Of a stretch of 64,000 bases of DNA, positions 49,804 through 57,670 are shown one piece after another. The stretch covers positions 70,200 through 134,199 of the forward strand of contig CAZHYG010000001.1 of assembly GCA_964536615.1 (NCBI GenBank). The letters run 5' to 3'. The stretch comes from an uncultured Gammaproteobacteria bacterium. GTDB taxonomy: Bacteria > Patescibacteriota > Patescibacteriia > Magasanikbacterales > GWA2-37-8. The notes below the pieces were generated by a model, which was not told the origin of the DNA, searched no databases, and worked only from the letters and a program-made list of their open reading frames with translations. The first letter of the stretch is position 1; each line of letters begins with the position of its first letter. Made by a program: the position numbers and the translations under genes.

Positions 49804-50151
49804 TTATTTGAAAGAAACTCGCTTCAACCGAGCGTCTCTGGTTTTATTTTTTGGCAACATTTTTGCAACCGCGTGCAAAATAAGCTCTTTTGGATCTGTC
49901 TTTAAAACATCCTTGGCAAGCTTGATTTTCAAACCACCTGGGTGCATGCTGTGGTGTTTGTATTCTTTCACAGCTAATTTTTTACCGGTAAAACGAACTT
50001 CGCTCACATTAAGAATCTGAACTTTATCGCCAGAGTCAATATGCGGTTCGTAGTCCGGTTTGTGTTTCCCCATTAAAATAGTAGCTATTTTGGTAGCTAA
50101 ACGGCCAACTATTTGACCAGAGGCATCAATTGTAATTTTTGATCTTTTCAT
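49804..50151 (-). CDS. rplM: 50S ribosomal protein L13 (short form)
   Basis: IDA...GRLA...LMGKHKP...DSGD...MLPKN. Confidence 0.96.
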   Translation of the reverse strand: MKRSKITIDASGQIVGRLATKIATILMGKHKPDYEPHIDSGDKVQILNVSEVRFTGKKLAVKEYKHHSMHPGGLKIKLAKDVLKTDPKELILHAVAKMLPKNKTRDARLKRVSFK

Positions 50152-50191
50152 ACACGGATTAAAACAAATTAATTTTATTGATTAGTCGTTT

Positions 50192-50542
50192 TTATACCAA
50201 TTCTACTATAACTTCTTCAGCGCCATCGCCTTTTCTGTTTTTGAACAGCACGATTCTGGTATAGCCGCCTTTTCTATCTTTATATCGTGGAGCAAGATCT
50301 TCCATGATCTTTTTGATTGCGTTTTCGGTATACAAAACTTTCATCAATTCGCGGCGCGCAGTCAAATTTTGACTTTTGCCTTTGGTGATGAGTCGTTCCA
50401 CATACGAACGAACTGCCTTAGCTTTGGCTTTGGTAGTTTTAATCTTTTCGTATAACACCAAACTTTCAGCCAAGTTTGCCAACAAAGATCGGCGAGCGGC
50501 TGTTTTTCTGTCTAGTGTAATTTTATTTTTTTGATGCCTCAT
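50192..50542 (-). CDS. rplQ: 50S ribosomal protein L17
   Basis: MRH, IKTT..KAK, GGYTRI, RKGDGA. Confidence 0.98.
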   Translation of the reverse strand: MRHQKNKITLDRKTAARRSLLANLAESLVLYEKIKTTKAKAKAVRSYVERLITKGKSQNLTARRELMKVLYTENAIKKIMEDLAPRYKDRKGGYTRIVLFKNRKGDGAEEVIVELV

Positions 50543-50569
50543 AGTGGGGGTGGTGAATTAAAAAGAAAT

Positions 50570-51370
50570 TTATTTAACCTTCTTGGCCTTTTTAGCCTTT
50601 TTTGTTTTACCTTCTTCTTCCTCTTCGCCTTCTACAGACTCTTCAGCTGCAGCAACCGGTTCAGGCATAGCAACAAATGCTTCACTGGTTGAGCTGGCGA
50701 TGATAGAAAAGTGATCCATAACAATTTGAGTGGCTTGTCTGATAGCGTCTTCTGGAGAAATAGTGCCGTTGGTCTGGATATTTAAAGTCAATTTTTCGTA
50801 GTTAGTAATATCACCAACACGAGTATATTCAACGTTATATCCAACATCTTTAATTGGAGTGTAGATAGAATCAATTACGATTGTACCTAAATCATAATGT
50901 TTTTTATCTTTTTCTTCTACCGGTCTAAAACCGCGGCCACGACCTACAACCAAATCCATTTCAAATGGTTTGTTTGAGGTAAGAGTTGCCAAAACAAGTT
51001 CCGGATTCATAATTTCCGCGTTTGAATTTTTTTCAATATCGGCTCCGGTTACAGTGCCTGGACCTTTTTTACTAATGTGAAGCGTTACCGGTTCATCGGT
51101 AAATACACGCACTGCCAACTGTTTCAAATTCAAGATAATATCAACCACGTCTTCTTTCAAACCATCGGCTGAAGAAAATTCATGCTGCACACCTTTGATT
51201 TTCAAAGCTTCCACAGCTGCACCTGGTAAAGAAGATAACAAGACGCGGCGCAATGTGTTGCCCAAAGTTGTGCCATATCCATAGAAACAAGGAGTCACAA
51301 CCAAAGAACCTTTGTTTGGACTGTCGCCAGGGATAAACTCTACTTTTGATGGTAATAATAAATTTTCCAT
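50570..51370 (-). CDS. rpoA: RNA polymerase alpha subunit (no recognisable alpha-CTD)
   Basis: GYGTTLGNTLRRVLLSSLPG, HEFS, TRVG, TNG; ends at 266 aa in a charged tail. Confidence 0.97.
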   Translation of the reverse strand: MENLLLPSKVEFIPGDSPNKGSLVVTPCFYGYGTTLGNTLRRVLLSSLPGAAVEALKIKGVQHEFSSADGLKEDVVDIILNLKQLAVRVFTDEPVTLHISKKGPGTVTGADIEKNSNAEIMNPELVLATLTSNKPFEMDLVVGRGRGFRPVEEKDKKHYDLGTIVIDSIYTPIKDVGYNVEYTRVGDITNYEKLTLNIQTNGTISPEDAIRQATQIVMDHFSIIASSTSEAFVAMPEPVAAAEESVEGEEEEEGKTKKAKKAKKVK

Positions 51371-51415
51371 ATTGAATATATATTAAACACCGGGGAAAAT
51401 CCCCTCCTCTTAATT

Positions 51416-52024
51416 TTAACGTGAATAAAATTCGATGATTGATTTTGCGTCGTATCCTGGATCATCGGCAGTAGGAGCATTTAATACTTTTGCAGATACT
51501 TTTTTAGGATCTAATCCCAGCCATCCTGGAGCCTCCACTTTGCTTAATTTTTCGGTAATTTTTGCAAACAGCGGGCTGTTCTTACTTTTTTCTGATAAAG
51601 AAATTTCTTCTCCTACGCGCACGCGGTATGAAGGAATATTCACTTTCTTGCCATTGATCAAAACATGGCCGTGGCTAACAAGCTGTCTGCCGGCGCGGCG
51701 GGAAGAAGCCAAACCAGTTCGGTAAATAACGTTATCTAAACGAGATTCAAGGTAATTAACCAAGAATTTTGAAGTGTTACCGGTCTTTTTAGAAGCTTCA
51801 GCAACATAATTTGCAAATTGTTTTTCAAGCAAACCATATAATTGTTTTGCTTTTTGTTTTTCAAACAACTGTTTACCGTAAACAGATTGCTTATTATGTT
51901 TTTTGCTTGGACCATGAACACCAGCCGGATAACTTCTTTTAGCTACCGGGCATTTTGGTGAATCGCATAATTTTTGTCCGTATTTTCTGCAGAATTTGTG
52001 TTTTGGTTTTAAATCTCTAGCCAT
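51416..52024 (-). CDS. rpsD: 30S ribosomal protein S4
   Basis: LESRLDN, RQLVSHGH, IIEFYSR. Confidence 0.98.
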   Translation of the reverse strand: MARDLKPKHKFCRKYGQKLCDSPKCPVAKRSYPAGVHGPSKKHNKQSVYGKQLFEKQKAKQLYGLLEKQFANYVAEASKKTGNTSKFLVNYLESRLDNVIYRTGLASSRRAGRQLVSHGHVLINGKKVNIPSYRVRVGEEISLSEKSKNSPLFAKITEKLSKVEAPGWLGLDPKKVSAKVLNAPTADDPGYDAKSIIEFYSR

Positions 52025-52058
52025 ACATTTTGTAGTTCTAACTTATAAGTTATGTTAA

Positions 52059-52514
52059 TTAGACTCGTCTTCTTCCTGGAGCGCGGCAACCGTTGTGAGG
52101 AATTGGAGTCACATCGCTAATAGAAAGAACATTAAGACCGTTTAAATGTAATGCTCTGATAGCACCTTCGCGTCCACCGCCGATGCCTTTGACAAACACG
52201 TGAATATCTTTTAAGCCAAAAGCTGCAATTTTATCTATCGCATCTTTTACCACCACGCCAGCAGCGTACGGAGTTGCTTTTTTAGGTCCTTTAAAACCAA
52301 CCTTACCGGAAGAAGACCAGCTTAAAACATCGCCATTTGGATCTGCGATACTGACGATAGTATTGTTGTAAGAAGCCTGAATAAACGCATTACCGTGAGG
52401 AACTTGTTTAACAACTTTCTTTTTCTTTCCTTTAACCACTTTAGCGGCAGCTGGTTTTTTTGCAACAGCTTCGGAAGCGGCGGATGGATTTGCTTGTGTG
52501 TGAGCGTCTGTCAT
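52059..52514 (-). CDS. rpsK: 30S ribosomal protein S11
   Basis: [23 protein letters not shown]. Confidence 0.98.
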   Translation of the reverse strand: MTDAHTQANPSAASEAVAKKPAAAKVVKGKKKKVVKQVPHGNAFIQASYNNTIVSIADPNGDVLSWSSSGKVGFKGPKKATPYAAGVVVKDAIDKIAAFGLKDIHVFVKGIGGGREGAIRALHLNGLNVLSISDVTPIPHNGCRAPGRRRV

Positions 52515-52564
52515 AAATGTTGAAAAATTTTAATTCTTGTAACTTATTATGTTAATAAAGCGCT

Positions 52565-52948
52565 TTAGGTCTTGGTTTCAACTCTGCGACCACTGCCCAT
52601 AGTCTTGCGAACATTACCGCGCACAGTGCGTGAGTTGGTTTTAGTGCGCTGACCGCGAACCGGCAAGTGCTTCATGTGGCGGATGCCGCGGTGCGCTTTA
52701 ATATCTTTAAGACGTTTAATGTTAGCCATAACCTCACGGCGCAAATCACCTTCGGTTCTGTATTCTTTTTCAATAATTAAGCGGAGCTTATCTTCTTGTT
52801 CTGGAGTTAAATTTTTTGTACGAATACTTTCGTCAATTTTTGCTTTAGCTAAAATCTTTTTAGATAAGGTAGGACCGATGCCGTAAATATAATTTAAAGC
52901 AACAACGATTCTTTTTTCTTTAGGAATATTGATACCGGCTACACGCAT
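52565..52948 (-). CDS. rpsM: 30S ribosomal protein S13
   Basis: [19 protein letters not shown]. Confidence 0.98.
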   Translation of the reverse strand: MRVAGINIPKEKRIVVALNYIYGIGPTLSKKILAKAKIDESIRTKNLTPEQEDKLRLIIEKEYRTEGDLRREVMANIKRLKDIKAHRGIRHMKHLPVRGQRTKTNSRTVRGNVRKTMGSGRRVETKT

Positions 52949-52987
52949 ACGTTATGAATTATTATTTTAGAAATTATAAAGTTTAAA

Positions 52988-53101
52988 TTAACCTTGTCTT
53001 TGTTTGTGTTTTGCATTGCTGCAGATAACACATACACGCCCTTTTCTGCGGACGGTTTTGCAATTTTTGCACATTTTTTTCACTGATACTCTAACTTTCA
53101 T
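52988..53101 (-). CDS. rpmJ: 50S ribosomal protein L36 (not in the ORF track)
   Basis: Manual translation [37 protein letters not shown]. Confidence 0.97.
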   Translation of the reverse strand: MKVRVSVKKMCKNCKTVRRKGRVCVICSNAKHKQRQG

Positions 53102-53145
53102 ACATTATAATCTTTAAATAATGATTATCTTAAATTTAAGTTTCA

Positions 53146-53252
53146 AAAAATACCAACCACTGCCGCGATATCGACGCCCAATGGTTTGTTATACGGACAC
53201 ATGGCTATTTGTATAACAACGATCAGGCTACACCGCAATGGTTGATATTTTT
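53146..53252 (-). ncRNA. candidate structured RNA (about 107-nt rod-like hairpin) between infA and rpmJ
   Basis: Four nested stems of 18, 5, 7 and 9 bp; the mismatches resolve as G-U pairs on the transcribed (minus) strand. Confidence 0.6.
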
Positions 53253-53283
53253 AATTGATTGAATTGTAACTCGTACTGATACC

Positions 53284-53499
53284 CTAGAATCTATACGTAA
53301 TTCTTCCTTTTGTCAAGTCGTACGGGGTCATTTCGACACGAACACTATCTCCCAAACTCAACCGAATCTTGTTCATGCGTAATTTTCCTGACAAATGAGC
53401 GATTACTGTCTGCCCGCTTTCGAGTTTTACTCGAAACATAGTGGCTGGCAGCAATTCCTCGATGGTACCTTTTAATTCTATAAGGTCTTTATTAGCCAT
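53284..53499 (-). CDS. infA: translation initiation factor IF-1
   Basis: [30 protein letters not shown]. Confidence 0.98.
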   Translation of the reverse strand: MANKDLIELKGTIEELLPATMFRVKLESGQTVIAHLSGKLRMNKIRLSLGDSVRVEMTPYDLTKGRITYRF

Positions 53500-53523
53500 T
53501 TTTTTAAGGTTAATAACACGGCT

Positions 53524-53552
53524 ATAATAACTGAAGTTAGCTTAAAAGTCAA
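53524..53552 (-). promoter_or_regulatory. sigma70 promoter of the infA/alpha operon
   Basis: TTGACT-17 nt-TATTAT. Confidence 0.65.
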
Positions 53553-53598
53553 CACCTGTAATACTTTTTTGAACCGAAACCTCTGTGGATAAGTATCC

Positions 53599-54039
53599 TT
53601 AGATAGACATTTGCTCAGTTGCCTGTGTTGCAATCGGTGTTTTGTACACCCAATATTTATACAAAAAGAAATTCCAAGCCACGGCCAAAGCAATATTGGC
53701 TACTCGCGCCACCAGATGATTGACGCCTATTTTTTCATTAAAAACAAACATCCAGCCTACGGAAAAAACATAGTTACACCCTGCCAAAATCAGAAATTTA
53801 ACAATCTGTTTATGGGTAACTCCTTGCGATTTAAATGTCCAGTGCTTATTGAGAAAAAACACGTAATTAAGCATAAAAATACCGTTAATACCAACGGCAA
53901 ACACAGGTTTTATGTGCCACAGATCGGACAACAGGTATAATGAACCAACATCCAAAAAAACCCCGCTAAAACCAACAATAAAATAACGCGCAAACTGGTG
54001 GCGGGCTGCCCAAAGACGCAAGAAGAGCGTTTTTAACAT
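53599..54039 (-). CDS. GtrA family protein
   Basis: QFARYFIVG, LNKHWTF, WNFFLYKYWVY. Confidence 0.9.
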   Translation of the reverse strand: MLKTLFLRLWAARHQFARYFIVGFSGVFLDVGSLYLLSDLWHIKPVFAVGINGIFMLNYVFFLNKHWTFKSQGVTHKQIVKFLILAGCNYVFSVGWMFVFNEKIGVNHLVARVANIALAVAWNFFLYKYWVYKTPIATQATEQMSI

Positions 54040-54042
54040 ATT

Positions 54043-55953
54043 TTATTCTAGAATCGCCTTAATTCTTCGCACTCCGGCACTCACTGCTTCCTCTTTAACA
54101 ATTTTAAAATGACCGAGCGTACCGGTGTGTTCTACATGAGGACCGCCACAGACTTCACGGCTGTAGGTTGGCGCGGACGGATCGGCAACCGCTTTTTCGT
54201 TAACATCCCCTACGGTATACACTTTAACAACAGGCTGATATTTATCCTCAAATAAACCAATCGCACCTTTGGCTTTTGCTTCTTCAAACGGCATTTCTTG
54301 CCAAGAAACCGGATAATCGCGAGCAATGGCTGCATTTACCATATCTTCGGCAAGCTTAATTTCTTCTGGAGTCATTTTTTGAGGATGTGGAAAATCAAAC
54401 CGCATGCGTTCTTGGGTAATATTACTACCGCGCTGTGTGGCGTGAGGGCCTAGTATTTTTAATAAGGTAGCGTGCAAAAGATGAGTAGCAGTATGATATT
54501 TTGTTGACTGCTCGCTATGATCTGCCAAACCACCATGGAATTTCTGCTCACCGCCAGCGCGAGAAAGTTCTTGATGTTCTTTTTTTAATGTATCAAATAG
54601 AGGGCGGTCAACCTTAAGCGAACGCTCCCCTGCCAATTCTTCGGTTAATTCAATTGGAAAGCCGTATGATTGATATAAATCAAAAGCAATTTCTCCAGAC
54701 ACTTCTGCTCCGCTTTGCAAGCCGGCAGTTTTTTCTTCAAATACTTTCAAGCCGTTTGCCAAAGTTTTTCTGAATTTTTCTTCTTCTTTATGAATAATAT
54801 CCCCGATCTCTGTTTGTTTTTGAGACAGATTTGGATAGGCATCGCCATATTCTTGCGCAAACGCGGAAACAACTTCTTTACAAAAATTATTGGAAATACC
54901 AAGGCGATGAGCAAAACGAACCGAACGACGAATTAAACGGCGAACATAATAGCCTTGATCTTTGTTGGAAGGAAATATACCGTCGCCAACCAAAAATGTG
55001 GCTGCGCGCAAATGATCCAAACAGACGCGGAACGCATACGTGTCTTCACTTTGTCCATCGTATGTTTTGCCTGACAACTCTTCTAATTTTTGGCGCGCGG
55101 TTGTAAATAGGTCAATGTTAAAAATGTCACTATCATCACGCAATGCGGCTGCCATTCGCTCTAAACCACCGCCAAAATCTACATTTTGCTGAGGCAACAG
55201 CTCAAAACCGGCAGCAGTTTTTTTATACTGCATGAATACATTGTTGCCAATTTCCATAAACCTTCCGCAATCGCAATTGACATGGCAATGCTGATTTTTA
55301 TAGGCAAATTTTTCATGAAGCCCAAGCTCTACACCAAAGTCCCAAAACATTTCGGTGTCTGGACCGCCGGGTTCTCCTTCAGGCATATTGGCTGGCACAC
55401 CGCTGCGGCTCCACCAATTTTTCTTTTCGTCATAATAGAAAACATGCTCGCTATCTTTGATACCGTCTACTTCCGGTTGTTCGCCTACAGCTACATCCAT
55501 ACCGACTTTCTTGAACTGCTCCTGCCATAAACCTGCCGACTCTTCGTCTTTGGGAATGCCAAGCGCTTCATTGCCCCTAAAACAAGTAATGTACAACCGT
55601 TTTGGATCAAGCCCGATTTCTTTGGTTAAAAATTCCCACATCCATGGGATTTGTTCGTTTTTAAAATAATCTCCGAGCGACCAATTGCCAAGCATTTCAA
55701 AAAATACCGTATGACGATTATCGCCTACTTCATCTATATCCTGGCTGCGAAAACATTTTTGGGAATCTGCCAAACGAGTACCCAGCGGATGTTTTTGCCC
55801 CAACAGGTATGGCACCATCGGCTGCATGCCAGAACCGGTAAAAAGGGTGGTTGGGTCATTATCGGGAATAAGCGAAGCTGAAGGCACCACCACATGGCCC
55901 TTTGATTTAAAAAAGTCTAAATATTTTTGACGGAGTTGATGAGAAGTAAGCAT
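54043..55953 (-). CDS. alaS: alanyl-tRNA synthetase (short form lacking C-Ala)
   Basis: FEMLGNWS, GGGLER, editing HTATH and CGGPH; ends at GVRRIKA. Confidence 0.97.
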   Translation of the reverse strand: MLTSHQLRQKYLDFFKSKGHVVVPSASLIPDNDPTTLFTGSGMQPMVPYLLGQKHPLGTRLADSQKCFRSQDIDEVGDNRHTVFFEMLGNWSLGDYFKNEQIPWMWEFLTKEIGLDPKRLYITCFRGNEALGIPKDEESAGLWQEQFKKVGMDVAVGEQPEVDGIKDSEHVFYYDEKKNWWSRSGVPANMPEGEPGGPDTEMFWDFGVELGLHEKFAYKNQHCHVNCDCGRFMEIGNNVFMQYKKTAAGFELLPQQNVDFGGGLERMAAALRDDSDIFNIDLFTTARQKLEELSGKTYDGQSEDTYAFRVCLDHLRAATFLVGDGIFPSNKDQGYYVRRLIRRSVRFAHRLGISNNFCKEVVSAFAQEYGDAYPNLSQKQTEIGDIIHKEEEKFRKTLANGLKVFEEKTAGLQSGAEVSGEIAFDLYQSYGFPIELTEELAGERSLKVDRPLFDTLKKEHQELSRAGGEQKFHGGLADHSEQSTKYHTATHLLHATLLKILGPHATQRGSNITQERMRFDFPHPQKMTPEEIKLAEDMVNAAIARDYPVSWQEMPFEEAKAKGAIGLFEDKYQPVVKVYTVGDVNEKAVADPSAPTYSREVCGGPHVEHTGTLGHFKIVKEEAVSAGVRRIKAILE

Positions 55954-56025
55954 AAAAGTTTTTGTGTATAAATAATACCAAACCTCTTGACAAAACTCAA
56001 GGGAAGCACAGATAGTTTTTTTACT

Positions 56026-57099
56026 TTAGGCGATAACTCCCCCGCCCAGGCATTGGCCATTTTTATAGATAACAGCAAACTGACCCGGAGTAACTGCGCG
56101 TTGCAGTTTAGAAAACTGCGCAATTATTTTTCCATCTTTTTTATTTACTGTCGCGTTTTGCAGTGGCTGGCGATGACGCAACCTGATCTTGCAGGATAGC
56201 GGCAGTTTTGGCTCAGCACCACAAACCCAATGCATGCCGGAAATCTCAGATTCTTTTTTATACAATAACGGATCGTCTTCATAACCAACAACCAGTTCAT
56301 TTGCATCAACTCGCTTATCAACCACAAACAACGGCTTGTTAGCATTGGTTTTTACTGCTAAACTTCGCTGCCCAATCGTATAAAACGGAAGCCCGTCATG
56401 CTGCCCCAGCACTTCACCGCTACTCAATATAATATTGCCTTTTTTTGATTTTATTTCTTTTGCCAAAAATTCTTTCATCGGCACTTCGCCCACAAAACAG
56501 ATGCCCATGCTTTCTTCTTTTTCCGCGGTTGGCAACCCAAATTTTTTAGCCAATTTTCTTACCTGCGGTTTAGTGTAATTTCCTAACGGAAACAATGTGC
56601 GGGCAAGCTGATCTTGATTTAATTGGTGCAGAAAATAGGTTTGGTCTTTATTATCGTCTTTCGCTTGCAACAAAGTATACTGGTCTGCTTTCGCACCCAC
56701 GCGAGCATAATGACCTGTGGCCAGCTTATCAAAACCAAACTGGCGCGCTTTATCAAGCCAGGCGCCAAATTTTACAAATTTATTACATAAGACATCAGGA
56801 TTTGGAGTCCTGCCGGCTCGATACTGGTCATACATATAATCCAGCACAGCTGCTTTGTATTCTTTTTTAAAATCCCAACGAACGAGCGGTATGCCAAGAT
56901 GCGCGGCCACCCGCAACGCGTCTTGATAGTCTGATGTCCAGCATTTTACCATTTCTTCGTTTTCTTCTTCGTAATTTACAACAAACACGCCTGTTACATT
57001 ATAGCCTTGGGACACAAGCAACGCTGCCGCCACGGAAGAATCGACTCCCCCGCTCATGGCGACCAAAACTTTAATTTTTGCATTATTTTTATTTTTCAT
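56026..57099 (-). CDS. mnmA: tRNA 2-thiouridine(34) synthase
   Basis: AMSGGVDSS, TPNPDVLCN, ATGHY, KDQTYFL, GICF, PGQ. Confidence 0.97.
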   Translation of the reverse strand: MKNKNNAKIKVLVAMSGGVDSSVAAALLVSQGYNVTGVFVVNYEEENEEMVKCWTSDYQDALRVAAHLGIPLVRWDFKKEYKAAVLDYMYDQYRAGRTPNPDVLCNKFVKFGAWLDKARQFGFDKLATGHYARVGAKADQYTLLQAKDDNKDQTYFLHQLNQDQLARTLFPLGNYTKPQVRKLAKKFGLPTAEKEESMGICFVGEVPMKEFLAKEIKSKKGNIILSSGEVLGQHDGLPFYTIGQRSLAVKTNANKPLFVVDKRVDANELVVGYEDDPLLYKKESEISGMHWVCGAEPKLPLSCKIRLRHRQPLQNATVNKKDGKIIAQFSKLQRAVTPGQFAVIYKNGQCLGGGVIA

Positions 57100-57146
57100 A
57101 CCGGAAACATATCAGAATTAACCAAAAAATTCAACTTTTATTTTAA

Positions 57147-57184
57147 AAACAAAATACCATCGGTTTCCCGACGGTATTTTGTTT
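57147..57184 (-). terminator. intrinsic terminator with GAAA tetraloop
   Basis: Minus strand AAACAAAAUACCGUCGG-GAAA-CCGAUGGUAUUUUGUUU. Confidence 0.85.
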
Positions 57185-57194
57185 AAATTCTTAA

Positions 57195-57503
57195 TTAGGA
57201 ATTTCTGCGAGCCATCATGCAGTTTTTGCAGTATACTGGCTTGTCTCCAGATGGTTGGAATGGTAATTCCGTGATCTGAGTGCCACATTCTGCACAAGCT
57301 ACGTTGACGCTGTACATTTGTCTTGGAGCGCGAGGTCCTCTACCGCGATCGTCACCTCTAGTTTGACGAAACGCTTTATTGCAGTCAAAGCAATAAACTG
57401 GGCGATCTCCTTTTGGTTCGAAAGGCAACTGTGAGATGTGGTTACCGCATTTTGCGCAAGTAAGATCCACATTGTACATTTGTCTTGTTCCGTCGAATGC
57501 CAT
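57195..57503 (-). CDS. tandem CxxC-x17-CxxC zinc-ribbon protein
   Basis: Two repeats RQMY.V..C..CG..I..LPF.P.GD.PVYC..C; start at ATG 57503. Confidence 0.9.
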   Translation of the reverse strand: MAFDGTRQMYNVDLTCAKCGNHISQLPFEPKGDRPVYCFDCNKAFRQTRGDDRGRGPRAPRQMYSVNVACAECGTQITELPFQPSGDKPVYCKNCMMARRNS

Positions 57504-57519
57504 AGTTTTGTACTTGTTT

Positions 57520-57624
57520 GTTCCCAAAATGGTTTTTGAGATTGATTTATGTCGACCTATTTTGGGAACTGTTGTTGCCCAATTTTTATGAACATATGAT
57601 ACCACAAAATGAGATATTTGTCAA
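57520..57624 (-). promoter_or_regulatory. promoter and 5'-UTR hairpin of the zinc-ribbon gene
   Basis: TTGACA-17-TATCAT (57596-57624); UTR stem GUUCCCAAAAU/AUUUUGGGAAC (57520-57569). Confidence 0.7.
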
Positions 57625-57670
57625 ACGGTCAGACTACAGCTAAATTCTGGGTGTTTAAAATAGCAAAACC

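Noticed and set aside
53146-53252. SRP (4.5S) or 6S RNA identity for the long hairpin
   Set aside because: No conserved SRP domain IV GGAA loop; too short and without the central bubble of 6S
54043-55953. AlaS as a truncated pseudogene
   Set aside because: Catalytic and editing motifs are intact and it ends cleanly after the editing domain; short AlaS forms are known
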